The notes below the pieces were generated by a model that saw only the letters and a program-made list of their open reading frames with translations, was not told the origin of the DNA and ran no database searches. The translations under genes were made by a program, and so were the position numbers. Positions 36,531-49,173 of a stretch of 64,000 nucleotides of DNA are shown here, piece by piece (position 1 is the first letter of the stretch; the number at the start of each line of letters is the position of its first letter). The stretch comes from Emiliania huxleyi CCMP1516. Lineage: Eukaryota. The stretch is from positions 124,001 through 188,000 of the forward strand of contig NW_005202428.1 in NCBI RefSeq assembly GCF_000372725.1, given 5' to 3'.

Positions 36531-38054
36531 CAGGCGTGAGCCGTGACGATTGACATCGCTGTGACTTCGCTGTAGACTCAACGAAAGATATGCAGACGAT
36601 ACAGATACAGACAGCATTTACATGTGCGCGAACACGTACTGGTGCTTTTTCTTCAGAACGCGATGTACACAGCACACACACCCCTTCGGAACCGCCCTTG
36701 CTCAAAAAAGGGCCTTTACACTGCATGTGTCCCTGATCTCCGCCAGCCGATCCCCGCCGCTCGTCCCCAGAGCCCAAAGGCTAGTAGCTGTAACGTGTAA
36801 GGAGCTGCCGACGGCTGTATGGCCTAGCGCCTAGCCGGCGGGGCCCCCCCGGGGCCTTCCCCTTTACGCTTTAGATGCAAAACCCAAAAGGCTAGTTCCA
36901 TTTCACTGTGGCACAGCTCGCGTTACAAAACCTTGATTTGACCATTTGCGCAAAAAGGTACATCTCGGTGCCTTCCAGAGGCAGCTGCGACCCCGCCGAG
37001 TAGACGGTTGCACACAGCAGGTGGCGCGGTGTGCAACCGTCCACTCGGCGGNNNNNNNNNNNNNNNNNNNNNNNNNNNNNNNNNNNNNNNNNNNNNNNNN
37101 NNNNNNNNNNNNNNNNNNNNNNNNNNNNNNNNNNNNNNNNNNNNNNNNNNNTGGAAAAGCATAAGAGAACATAGTTTAAGGATTGATGTGTGTCTGCAGA
37201 ATAGAAAGGTTCTTAGAGGGTAGATTTAGGTGGATAAAGAGAACATGGTTCATGGCAAAAAAAAAAATTATTGAATTGAATTTAAATAGGCAGCGAGAAC
37301 CCCAGCTAAGAGGGGGTGACGTAACCATATGACGCGCAGTGACTTCGTCCACTAGGAAGGATCGCAGCTGCCTCTGCGCGTCCTGGGGATGTACCTTTGT
37401 CGCGCGCCGGAGACGACTCGACGCCGCTGAGATCGGAGATCAAGCTCTGACAGGTCGCACGTCGCTCCTTTGACGCCGACGTGACTCACCCGTGCAGATC
37501 ACATCAGGACACGGTCTCGACGCGCTCGGTACGACGCCTGCGACCCGTCTCGGGTCAGGTGGCACGACGCTCATCGCGCCTACCAGCGCAGCCGTGCAGG
37601 TTGCCACGACGAGGTCGAGCACGCATCTATACGCTCGCCGAGCCTTCCTTTCCATCCCATTTGGCAGCCTGGGAACGGTGGCGGTCAGAGGCAAAGCATA
37701 CGAGGGGTGGTGGAACCACATGTCACGGCTACTGCCGGCTCGACCCCACGATAGCCTCCGGAGGCTGACTTTGAGGCACAATCATCGGACGACGTCGGCG
37801 AGTTGAGTCGCGCTCGCGGTAGCCAGATGACCTCTCATACTAGTATCATCGGCCATGGCCGCAGGAAGCGCGGGGGAGGGCGCTGGGAGCAACACGGAGC
37901 TCCGTTGGACGTTTTCAAGATTGCTAGCGTGTCAGAGTGAAATGGAACTAGCCAAAGGCCCTCGCAATGAAAAACGCCCGCCAGTCACCATCTGTAATGC
38001 CGCTGGGGCCGCGAGGCTACATCTCCTCTCTACAAAGGCACATCTTCATCTTCA

Positions 38055-39799
38055 TCAATCTAGTCCCAGTGCCACGCGCAGCTTGTCGAGGTACCGGTCC
38101 CGCGTCGAGCTGTTCGCCGCGTGCGTGCAGCCGTGGCTGCCTTCGACCTGCTGGTGGTCCGCCGCCACGCCCGCTGCGACGAGCGCGCGCCAGTACCTCA
38201 CATGGGTTCGGGTACCGTGTGCGTAGGGGATGGGTTCGGGTAACGTGGGGGTAGGGGATAGACGCCAGTACCTCACTCCGTCGTCGCGCAGCACGTCGGA
38301 GCTGCAGCTGATCACCAGGGTCGGCGGGTGGCCCGTCGCCGCCGCCGCGAGCGCGTCGCCGCTCAGCGGTGTGCATCGCCACGTGCTGCACGCCTGCGTT
38401 GTGATCTCGGCTGATCTCGGCTGGTCTCGGCTGGTCTCGGTCTAGATTCGCCGAGATAAGCCGACGCTAAGCGCGTGCGGCATCTAGCGCTGCCCGGCCT
38501 CGGCGGTCGGGCAGTAGGCGCGCCTGAGGGGGGGCCGTGTGTCTGGCTCGCTGGGTGCGCTTCTTAGCCCCCCGGCCCCGGATGTGCGGTGACTGACCGC
38601 ACTCCAAGTGCTCCAAAGGAGGGGGGCCGAAGTGAGCCATGCAAGAAACGGGATGAAGACGGAGTGGCTCATTGGGGGGAGTGCGGGCGGCTTCGCTAGT
38701 CGGGGGGCAGCGCGGAGCAGGCCGCGCGCCAGAAGAACTCCATCGCGCACTTCCTCAAGCCCGGCCCCTGGCTAAAGAGGCTGTAGCTCGGGCTCGCCAC
38801 CGCGTTCTCCACCATCGGGTAAAAGACGCCCGCAAAGCGCACCGGCAGGCGGCGCCGCGCCGCGTGCAGCGCCTACGAAAAGGAATGCGCCGTCTCCAAG
38901 ACGGACTCCCACTCCCGCCGCCTCGGCCGCGTGTGCAGCGCCGCGACAGCGGCGAGGTTCCCGCCCGCGCTCTCGCCCATCACAGCCACGCGCTCTGGGT
39001 CGCCTCCCAGCGCCGCCGCGTGAGAGAGGACCCAGTCGAGCGAGTTGATCACGTCTTCCGCAGCCGCCGGGCAGGGGTACCTCGGAGCGAGGGCGTATTC
39101 GACCTAAGGTCAGGGCAGGTGGACTTTCTCGGAAACTTCTCCGCACACGCAGGGCGGTGGGGCAAGCACCTCTGTCATGTGGAAGCCAGGGTGTGTACGG
39201 TATCGTGTGTTCGTCGGGTGCGAGGCCTGCGAGTAGAGGGCTAACGGCGCCGCGTGTGTGTGCCTCGTGTCGGATCCCGAGCCAATCATGCGCAGCGTGT
39301 GTGTGCGTGTGGCCCGTCCTCCACATGCTACGATAGGAGGTGTGTAAGACTGACGGACTGACTGACGGGTCGGCAGTCCCCACACATCTAGGCTCTCCAC
39401 GGCGGCAATCAGAAGCTGCGGGCCGAGCCGCCTGAGGATGCCGATCTGCGGGTCGCCCAGCCGCCCGCTCGGCAGCACCATCCCGCCACCGTGCACCCAG
39501 AGCACGAGTGCGGGGCGCCGCCCGCCACCGAGCGTGACTGCGTGCCGCGCCCTCCAGCGGTGCAGCGCGATGGTGATGTTGCGCTGCCCGTGCGTCGACG
39601 GCACGCTCACCAGCTCGTGATCCCACCAGGGCTCCACCATCTTGCGCCACTTTCGCGTCTTTTTCTCGCGCGTCGAAGCGGCAAATGTGTCGGTGGCGCC
39701 CACAGGCCACTCGGCGTTTGGCCGCTCGAGCAGCGCGTACGACGAATCGCAGTCGGCTGGGTTGAAGGTGGCTGTGCTGACGCCTAACCCCGCGAGCAT
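38055..39799 (-). CDS. Alpha/beta hydrolase, HSL (family IV) esterase, multi-exon
   Basis: LWVHGGG oxyanion motif, EYALAP.YPCP, GDPERVAVMGESAGG nucleophile elbow, SDVLRDDG (Asp) and GSHG (His). Confidence 0.88.
39258..39366 (+). mobile_element. Intronic retroelement 3' end with (GACT)n tail; related copy at 58531-58635
   Basis: Direct similarity: GTGTGCCTCGTGTCGG.TCCCGAGCCAATC...GGAGGTGTGTAAGACTGAC. Confidence 0.8.
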
Positions 39800-40901
39800 T
39801 ATGCGGCCGGATCAGCGGTGGCGGTGCAAGGCGCGGTTTTCTTTGTTTGAGAGCGCCTTCGTTGTTAATAATACAGTTTTCTTTGTTTTAATTAAGCACG
39901 AAGCTGCTGTACGGCATCGCTCATATATGGGCTTAGCTAGGCTGTCGAGCTAAGGCTGAGAGGTATTGTGCACATGTTTCTCTCTCTATGTCTCTCTCCG
40001 CTACAATATCCTCGCACTGACACTTCACCTCCCATAGACGCCCATTAGATGGCGCGCGGCGCGGGCGGATGACTAGGGGAGAGAATGCGGAGAGACTAGC
40101 TCGCAGGTACGTAGATGTGCTCAGCCAAGGGTAACACTTGCCGCCGTTGCCGGCGAAGCCGGACGCAAAGGGCGATGGCGAGACGCCAATGCTCAAGGGA
40201 GAGGCTATGGAAACAGAGACGGCGGAGCGATTGTGCCTTGTCTGTGGCGAGGGGTAGGAGCTATGTACTCCAGTGTGCGAAAAGAACACGTGCTATAGCA
40301 GAGGGATGAGATCTCCTCCCTGAGGCAGCGGTGAACCACACCGCTCGACACTAGACACCACTCTCGACACACCCCTCCCTCGACGACACGTCTTGCGTGA
40401 GATTTTTAGCAATGATTTCAATGATTTTTTTGTTAGTTCGTCTTGTCTCCCTGGAAGCTGGATGGACACCGGCTTGACACGTTGATTGACACACGGGTGG
40501 GGGCGTGGGGGGTGGGGGGCGCGGTTGGTGTAGCCGCTGTGATGTTGTCCGAGCTCTCTGTCTTGCCAGCAACATCATAACCTAAAGAAAATCATCCAAC
40601 CATTGCAGGCAGGAGGGCGTCCATGACAACGCCCCTTACTGTATCATCCTGGAAGGAGCCGCTGAAAATCGGCAGGACCTCTCACATCGCACATCCATCG
40701 TGAGCTGCCAGCCCAGGCCCTGCCACGCCACGCCGTCTGCCACTGACCGCCACTGCGCGCCCTCCACCCCCAACGCGCGCCTCGCCTCCCACTGTCCCTG
40801 CCACGCCGCGTCGTCTGCCATTGTCTGCCACCATGCGCCCTCCGTCACCATCGATCGCGCCTGCCTCACCGTGTCTCTCACTGTCTCCGCAGGATCTAAC
40901 C

Positions 40902-42053
40902 ATGCCGGTCTTCTCGAAGCTGATGCTGATCGCCGTCGGCGCTGGGGTCGCAAACGCTCTGCCCATCATCGTACCTGACGGGCAGGAGAACCGCGTGGTC
41001 GATCTCGACTCCTCGGCGGGCGTTGCTCTGCCTGCCTGCCCGAGCACGTGTAGCACCTGTCCCGACGCGCAGTTCGGAGAAGGGAAGTGCTGCTACAACA
41101 TCCACAACGACATCTGCAGCGGTGACAACGAAGAGCAGTGCATCGGCCCTAACCTTGCCGTGTGCAGCATGGAGCACGGACCCGAACCTACGCCCTCACC
41201 CTCGCCCTCGCCCTCGCCTTCCCCATCGGTGAAGCTCTGCGAGGGCAAGACTGAGCCATTCAACCAGCTCACCTCTGCGTGGAAGCAGTTGGAGCAAGGC
41301 GAGGTGAACAACAACTGCAAGGCGCCAATTCCCGACCCATCGACATACCAACAGTGCTCCGGCGATCCCACCTCAATCGTGCTAGCAAAGTGGGATACAC
41401 CAGCGTGCGAGGCGGTGAGGAGCTGCGATTTCCCGCTCAAGGAACTCGTTTCGATCGAGGCGGACATTGCGATCGAGAACTGCGATGAAACGTGGGTTGC
41501 CCCGCTGTGGATCACCCCGACCCCGCCAAATTGGTGCGACAACAGGGTGTCCCCCCCAAGTTGCAATCAAGGCGCGTCTGGCGAGATCGATTTCGTCGAA
41601 ACGTGCATGAACACCGGCAAAAGCACTGTGGCGACTAGCCTCGGAGGAAACACCTGTGGCCACAACAAGCACGGCGACTCGATTTGCTTTGAACAGCAGT
41701 ACCCGGCGACGGGCATGCAGCTCCACTACACGCTCACTGTCGATCAAACTCCCGGCAGCAGCGGCAAGGCCACGATGGGAGTGTGCGATCAGACATCGAA
41801 GGGCACGTGTGAGAAGTACGTGTCCTCCACAACGTACAGCGATTGGTACAAGACAGTCGGATGTGTGCAGGGTGAGTGCAAATTCCAGCTCCGGAGCGAC
41901 ATCTGGGCAGCTTACGATGGGCAATACGGCAAAGGGGGTTGTCCGTCAAAGTCGTCGACGCAGTCATGCACCGTCTCAGCAAGGAACATCAAGGTCACGC
42001 TCAACAAGGAGCCACCTGCCGACTGCTCCAAGGCCATGTTTTTTACAGCCTAG
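40902..42053 (+). CDS. Secreted Cys-rich glycoside hydrolase family 16-like protein
   Basis: Signal peptide MPVFSKLMLIAVGAGVANA, a Cys-rich module, a (PS)n linker, then WVAPLW...W...SGEIDFVE (ExDxxE). Confidence 0.7.
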   Translation: MPVFSKLMLIAVGAGVANALPIIVPDGQENRVVDLDSSAGVALPACPSTCSTCPDAQFGEGKCCYNIHNDICSGDNEEQCIGPNLAVCSMEHGPEPTPSPSPSPSPSPSVKLCEGKTEPFNQLTSAWKQLEQGEVNNNCKAPIPDPSTYQQCSGDPTSIVLAKWDTPACEAVRSCDFPLKELVSIEADIAIENCDETWVAPLWITPTPPNWCDNRVSPPSCNQGASGEIDFVETCMNTGKSTVATSLGGNTCGHNKHGDSICFEQQYPATGMQLHYTLTVDQTPGSSGKATMGVCDQTSKGTCEKYVSSTTYSDWYKTVGCVQGECKFQLRSDIWAAYDGQYGKGGCPSKSSTQSCTVSARNIKVTLNKEPPADCSKAMFFTA

Positions 42054-42623
42054 AGTCGAGGTGCAGACATTGCTTTGATTGAGGAGGACACAAGCTCTCT
42101 CGCCCTGTTCATTGGTGTGCATACTTCTTTTCCTCGCTGTTGATTAGGTGTGATTCAATAGTGTACCAAGATACATTGTACAGTTCATAAGCGTGATTGT
42201 TTGCGCTGCGGCGCGTGGTTGGCACTCTCCGCGGGCGCGCCCCGGAAGGCCGACGAGAGTGGAGACATGGCACATGCGGGCGGCTCCTTGTGTATGTAGC
42301 TACTGCGTTGAGTGAGTTTGCACACTTGTGTATCGTGTAAAGCCGTATGTGATAAAACAGTGGAAAGTAAAGTACATGCCGTGCCTCTCTCCAGCCTCTC
42401 TCAAAGTGCGATCGACTCACACAAGGCAATCTCCCCGACCGTCGGCATCGCTCAACCCCTGACGCTTTCCTTACACCCGTACCCGCGAGACCAGGACCGG
42501 GCCTCACAAACACCTCGACACCAGCCGGGGCTCAGGGTTTCTCGCGCTAGGCATGATGTCAGTGTGAGCAGACATACAGCGGTGGATTACATAGTAAGAT
42601 ATGTGGCACTGTGCAATGCGTCG

Positions 42624-42995
42624 CTATGTCGCCCCATCGGCATGCGCACGGGGCATGCGGGTCCGCCCCATCTCGAAAATCACGACGCGCCCGTGACGCC
42701 GGCGAAGCGACGCCACGAATCCCGCGCCCTCGGCGGCGGCGAGGAACTTCTCGGCACCGTCTCCCGTGCGCCGCTCCAGTCCCACGAGCACACGAGTCGT
42801 GGGCGAGCACAGGAGCTCGAGCACGCGGAGGAGCAGGAAGATCGACGTGACACCGTCGGTGGAGCCGAAGAGTGACTCGAAGATGCAGTCGCACGCGATG
42901 ATCCAGTCGGGTTGGCTGCCGCCGAGCCGCTGCTGCAGCAACTCGCGAGCGGCGGCCGATCCCCAGTCGAGGACCGCCGCTACGGGCACCGGCCC
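42624..42995 (-). pseudogene. C-terminal half of a METTL21-like (Methyltransf_16) lysine methyltransferase
   Basis: VLDWG, DWIIACDCIF and LERR motifs are present; no SAM-binding motif I was found upstream. Confidence 0.7.
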
Positions 42996-43778
42996 TCTTT
43001 CTATCTCTCTTCGCAGTCTCTCGCCGATTCTCGCTGGACGCTGCAACCTTCATGCCACCTCGCGGTCGTCCCACTCTCGTCGTTCTCCCTCCTGTCGCTT
43101 CCTCCTCTGTCGCGTCGCTCTCGTCTGCCTCGTCCTGCGACGCCGCCGCCGCCTGCCGATCCCTTGCTCTCGCGGCTTCTCCCGCATTTCGGCGCAACTC
43201 TGCCCTCCTCGCGGCATATTTCGGCCCCTCGAGTTTATCGAGCTCTCCTCGCGCAAGGACGACTCTTCTGACGCCCTTCTACAAAAGAATGAAGGTGGTA
43301 GCAATCTCTTGCCGCGTAAGTTTCGCGCGCGTCACGATGAAGACTTTTGGCGCTTTGTGAGATATCGTGGGAATTTGTGATCAGTTGGTTGAGCCAGTCA
43401 TTCCCGCATAGAGCTCATGAGCAGAGGCCTCAGGGACGATGTCGAAATGGGGTCGTCATAAGGCCATCTCAGTGGCTACACGGCCTGCCACAGCGTGTGT
43501 GCCACGACTCTGGACGACTCTGAACCGGCGCTTGATGCGGGCATAACTTGCGATCCCGACCTTGCGCGACGTGCCTATTAGTGCATTCTACCATCTACTT
43601 GCACATGGCAAGCATGGGCGACGCCTCAGGCCCCATGCCGGCCATCCAAGATATGCGTGCGCCAAGGGTTTGCTACCACCTTAAAGTAAACACAGTTCTT
43701 CGAGGGTTAGTCTGCGCAAAAAATATTTGCCTGTGCCTGACTGCAGTCGCACGGCTGGGCGCACATCACAGCTCATGC

Positions 43779-44487
43779 ATGCGGCTTCCCAAACCGAAGT
43801 CCGGCTATTCAGTGTCACCGCCGCCGCTGGTGCTTCATCTGACTCGGAGGAGGCTCTGCAGTGCTCAGGCTGCTAGTTCATCGCAATCGGGTAGCGGCGT
43901 TCTCGGCGCACGGGATGGCAAGGCGATCGACAACAAGGCGGAGGTCCTACGGCAAGTGGACGTGGCGCTCGGCGTGAGTCGACCGCCTGATCTTGAGATA
44001 CTGCTCGCAGACCATCTGACGTGCACCGACAGCCCAAAGAGTATCGCTCTGCACACTGCGCTGTTTCGCTTTGGACACGCAGCGGTGAGGTACACCACGA
44101 GCGACGGCCAGCAGCGGGTCATGAACATCCTGGGATCGCTCGACAAGCCAGGCTCGCGCATGGTCAACTTTGTGCCTCCCGAAGAGTACCTCTACGGCAC
44201 GGCGGGTGAACGCCTCGCCACATCCCCGCTGGCCGGCACACACACATCCCCACCCAAGGTTCACGCCCGACCCTTGGGCAGCTGCCGCTGGGCTTGCAGT
44301 GGCGTCTACGGGTGAAATGCGCACTGTAGGATGGGACACCTACGCGCAGCAGGGAGGCGCGTACAACCGCGACTTCATCGGCGTGCGCGTCGAACGCTGC
44401 CTGCCGGGCGCGACAGACGCGCTGCACGCGTACTTTGCCGCGCTCCACGCCCGCAGCCTCGTCGGCTTTCCGGCTGCAGCACGACAG
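43779..44487 (+). CDS. Hypothetical protein, partial (runs into an N-gap)
   Basis: Coding-like exons PPDLEILL...FGHAAVRY...VMNI...MVNFVPPEEYLYGT and GWDTYAQQGGAYNRDFIGVRVE. Confidence 0.55.
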
Positions 44488-44903
44488 GTACGCACACACA
44501 CACACACCCTCTCTGGCCCTTGCCCCGCCACCTCATCTTCTTGTCATGTGTGNNNNNNNNNNNNNNNNNNNNNNNNNNNNNNNNNNNNNNNNNNNNNNNN
44601 NNNNNNNNNNNNNNNNNNNNNNNNNNNNNNNNNNNNNNNNNNNNNNNNNNNNGGGGGCGAGGGAGAAGATGAGTGGAATTGATGAGTCGGGCCGTCGTCC
44701 GTGCCTCCCCTCTATACGTCAGAGTGGGTCCTACGCCGCGCCGGGTAAGGGGCGCGCCCGGTCCTCGACGGAGCCGCGCGCCCCAAACGACCCAGGCGGC
44801 GAGTAGTCGTCCTCGAACCTTCGACATGTAGTTGCCCATAGTTATCGCGCACCGGATTTTTTTAGACTGCACTCCGGCCGGCGCGACCGCCCAGTCCTCC
44901 ACG

Positions 44904-47851
44904 ATGAGCAAGGCCCCCAATGGCGCGCTCCCCGAATTCGCTATGCTGATCGACGGCACGCTCACTAAAAGCGAGGAGAAGTTTGGTGTCATCAATCCGT
45001 CCAGCGGCGAGGTGTTTGCGCACGCTCCGCACGCGACGCAGGCCCAGGTTGACGAGGCCGTCGCGGCCGCCAAGAAGGCCTTCCGTTCGTGGCAAGCGGT
45101 CCCGCTATCCGAGCGGAAGCTGGCGATGGCGAAGGTGAAGGAGGCCTACGACCAGCACCGCGACGAGCTGGCCGACCTTCTCGTTCGCGAGCAGGGCAAG
45201 CCGCTCGCGAGTGCAAAGGGGGAGGTTGCGGGGGCGGCGGGGCTGATGAAGAAGGCGATCGAGCTGACCGTGCCTCCCGAGGTCTACTCTGACACCGCCA
45301 CGCGCCGGATCGAGGTGGTGCGCAAGCCGATCGGCGTCGTCGCGGCCATCACGCCGTGGAACTTTCCGATTTTCTGCTCGGTCGCCAAATTCGCGCCCGC
45401 GATCGTGCTCGGCAACACCGTCGTCTGGAAGCCGTCTCCCTTCACGCCGCTCACCGCGCTGCGTATGGGCGAGATCCTGCAGTCGGCTCTGCCGCCCGGC
45501 GTGCTCAACGTCGTGACTGGAGACGACAAGCAGCGCTTCAACGTCGGCGCACACCTGACCAGCCACGCCGGCGTGAGCAAGGTCTCTTTCACAGGGTCCG
45601 TCCCCACCGGCAAGAAGATCATGAGCGCGTGCTCGTCGGACGTCAAGCGTGTCACCCTCGAGATGGGCGGCAACGACGCGGCGATCGTGCGCAAGGACGT
45701 CGACGTCAAGGCGATGGCGCCCAAGGTCTTCAGCGGCGCCTTCAACAACTCTGGCCAGATCTGCTGCGCGGTGAAGCGCTGCTTCGTGCACGAGGACATC
45801 TTCGACGAGTTCAAGGAGGAGCTCGTGCGGTGCGCCGAGAAGGCAACGTTCGGGGACGGCTTCGAGGTTGGCGTCGAGTACGGCCCTCTCAACAACAAGA
45901 TGCAGCTGGACAAGGTGAGCGCGCTGGTGGAGGACGCAAGGGCGCAGGGCTGCGAGGTGCTGTGCGGCGGAGGCAGGCGCGAGGGGTCGCGGGGCTTCTT
46001 CTACGAGCCCACCATCGTCTCCAACATCAAGGAGGGCGTCCGGCTCTTTGACGAGGCACAGATGAGACAGACATCCGACAGTCACACGCTGAGACGAGAT
46101 GGGATTTAGGAACATGCACATGCACATGCACATGCACATGCACATGCACATGCACATGGACATGGACATGGACATGGACATGGCACATGGCACATGGCAC
46201 ATGGCACATGGCACATGGCACATGGCACATGGCACATGGCACATGGCACATGGCACATGGCACATGGCACATGGCACATGGCACATGGCACATGGCACAT
46301 GGCACATGGCACATGGCACATGGCACATGGCACATGGCACATGGCACATGGCACATGGCACATGGCACATGGCACATGGCACATGGCACATGGCACATGG
46401 CACATGGCACATGGCACATGGCACATGGCACATGGCACATGGCACATGGCACATGGCACATGGCACATGGCACATGGCACATGGCACATGGCACATGGCA
46501 CATGGCACATGGCACATGGCACATGGCACATGGCACATGGCACATGGCACATGGCACATGGCACATGGCACATGGCACATGGCACATGGCACATGGCACA
46601 TGGCACATGGCACATGGCACATGGCACATGGCACATGGCACATGGCACATGGCACATGGCACATGGCACATGGCACATGGCACATGGCACATGGCACATG
46701 GCACATGGCACATGGCACATGGCACATGGCACATGGCACATGGCACATGGCACATGGCACATGGCACATGGCACATGGCACATGGCACATGGCACATGGC
46801 ACATGGCACATGGCACATGGCACATGGCACATGGCACATGGCACATGGCACATGGCACATGGCACATGGCACATGGCACATGGCACATGGCACATGGCAC
46901 ATGCACATGGCACATGGCACATGGCACATGGCACATGGCACATGGCACATGGCACATGGCACATGGCACATGGCACATGGCACATGGCACATGGCACATG
47001 GCACATGGCACATGGCACATGGCACATGGCACATGGCACATGGCACATGGCACATGGCACATGGCACATGGCACATGGCACATGGCACATGGCACATGGC
47101 ACATGGCACATGGCACATGGCACATGGCACATGGCACATGGCACATGGCACATGGCACATGGCACATGGCACATGGCACATGGCACATGGCACATGGCAC
47201 ATGGCACATGGCACATGGCACATGGCACATGGCACATGGCACATGGCACATGGCACATGGCACATGGCACATGGCACATGGCACATGGCACATGGCACAT
47301 GGCACATGGACATGGACATGGACATGGACATGGACATGGCATGCACGTGCACATGCACATGCTGCATGCACATGCACATGCACATGCTACATGTTGTGTC
47401 CCCGCCCTGCACGATCTTGGCGTGAGGGACCTTCAATCCGCCCCCCTCACCACCCCTCGTCGCTGCCCGACACAGGAGCAGTTTGGGCCGGTGATGCCAA
47501 TCACGCCGTACAAGTGACGATCACGAGCCGCCTTTTCGGTCGGACAGGTCCACGACACGTCCACGACATGTCCGAGGCACGTCCAATAGGTCCGACGAGG
47601 AGGCCGTCGCGCGTGCAAACGACTCGGAGTATGGGCTCGGCGGCTCGGTGTGGACCAGCGACTTTGCGACTGGCAACGCGCTCGCCTCCAAGCTGCTCGC
47701 CGGCACGGTCTGGGTCAACCAGCACACCGACCTGACCGAGGCGCCCTTTGGCGGCTTCAAGCAGTCCGGGCTCGGCCGCGAGTTTGGCAGCTTCAACGTG
47801 GCGTCCTTTACGGAGGTGCAGACCCTCTCGCTCGCCAAGCAGGACGTGTAG
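44904..47851 (+). CDS. NAD(P)-dependent aldehyde dehydrogenase (exons 44904-46055, 47476-47513, 47590-47851)
   Basis: ITPWNFP, KPSPFTP, FTGS, TLEMGGND, NSGQIC (catalytic Cys), E|EQFGP, YGL, PFGGFKQSGLGRE. Confidence 0.97.
46113..47387. repeat. Intronic (CATGGCA)n array of roughly 160 units, flanked by CATGGA and CATGCA hexamers
   Basis: Directly visible. Confidence 0.99.
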
Positions 47852-48692
47852 CGGGCCGGAGGGGCTGCGAGAGGGAGAGGCGAGCAGGGCACTCTGGCGC
47901 CAGGCCAAGACCACGCTGGAGCGGCCGTGAAGTTCGGCACCGAAAAGAGCGCGGAAGCTCAGCGTACTCATTAGCAAATGCCAAATCCGCCTCACTCTCA
48001 CGCTGTCCGAGTCAGGCCGTCCTTCCGCCCTTCCACTTATTTAATACAGAAGTGTGGGTCTTGCCCCCTGGGTGCTGCTGCTGGGGGCTCGTTGTGCGAG
48101 TATTATGGGCCACGATGTCTCAAATAACAAATATGAGGGGTTTTGACTCCTACCAGCTCCTGACGCTATCCCTGGCAGCTCTAATGGCCAGGATCAGTAG
48201 TGTTGTGATAGAGGGTGCCCATACTAGCGCAGGAGCTGCCACACTCGCCCGGACCGTCCCCTTCTGGGGCCGGTTCCGCAGCCCGCGAGAGCCGACCGCG
48301 GGGCTGTGCCGCGGGTGCCTACTGCCGAGTGCCACAAACACTGCGCCGTCCCGCCATCACCTACAGGCTGTCTTGTGTGATGGTTGGGATGTCCAAACGC
48401 CACCATCTTGGCTCTTGCGACCTCAAACCCGCGAGCTGTATGGGTGGTCCTGACGTCGACAGACGCCCGATGATCACGGTGAAGCTGAGCCGGAACGCGT
48501 CGACACGTCTCGTCTGAGCCCGTGGCGGTCGCCGGCTGAGTCGCCGTACACGGGCCGGTACCTCAGGCGTCACCTCCGCAGCCTCAGGTCTCACACTCCA
48601 TCACCTCCGACGGGACGCCTTCGATGGCACGCTCGGCGGCGACTTTGTTGCAGCCCCACAGCGAGCGCGGCGTCGAGCCTACTCACTCCAGT

Positions 48693-48735
48693 TGGATACA
48701 CGCACTCCCTGGGACCCAGGGAGTGCGTGTATCCA
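48693..48735. repeat. Inverted repeat with 21-bp arms and a 1-nt spacer
   Basis: TGGATACACGCACTCCCTGGG-A-CCCAGGGAGTGCGTGTATCCA. Confidence 0.97.
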
Positions 48736-49173
48736 GCTCGCGGTGCGTCCCGGCAGCCCGCGCTGGCTGCGGAGCTGCCACAAACTCGAGACAGGCTTTT
48801 TGGGACATTTTCGACGCTTTTGGCCCATACTCGCACAACATGCCTGGGTCCCAATACGTCCCCCCTGAGAGAGACTCAACTCTGTTTGTTAAATGAACTC
48901 GGGGGCACAGGACGCGGTACAAACGCGGTACACCAAAAGGCACGGGCTGCCTGCACGGCGTTCACTCGAACGCCATGCACATGGCGCGGAGCAGCATCGG
49001 GTTGGTGTCGAACCCGAGCGGGTCCTCCTCCCAGTCCCGGTGCCCACCCTCCGCGTCATCCTGCTCATCGTGCGCGTCGAGCACCCTGACGAGGCACAGG
49101 ATCGTCCCCTTGGGAACGCCTGCCCCTCGCGCGCGCGGGAACTCTCCCTGCACCGCCATCACGAACTTCTCGC

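Noticed and set aside
45105..47735. Long MAHGTWH / CAMCHVP repeat ORFs as metal-binding proteins
   Set aside because: They are translations of a stop-free 7-bp satellite inside an ALDH intron.
48940..49172. Upstream continuation of the RT ORF
   Set aside because: No convincing RT motifs lie upstream of QVGVG; treated as flank of a 5'-truncated insertion.
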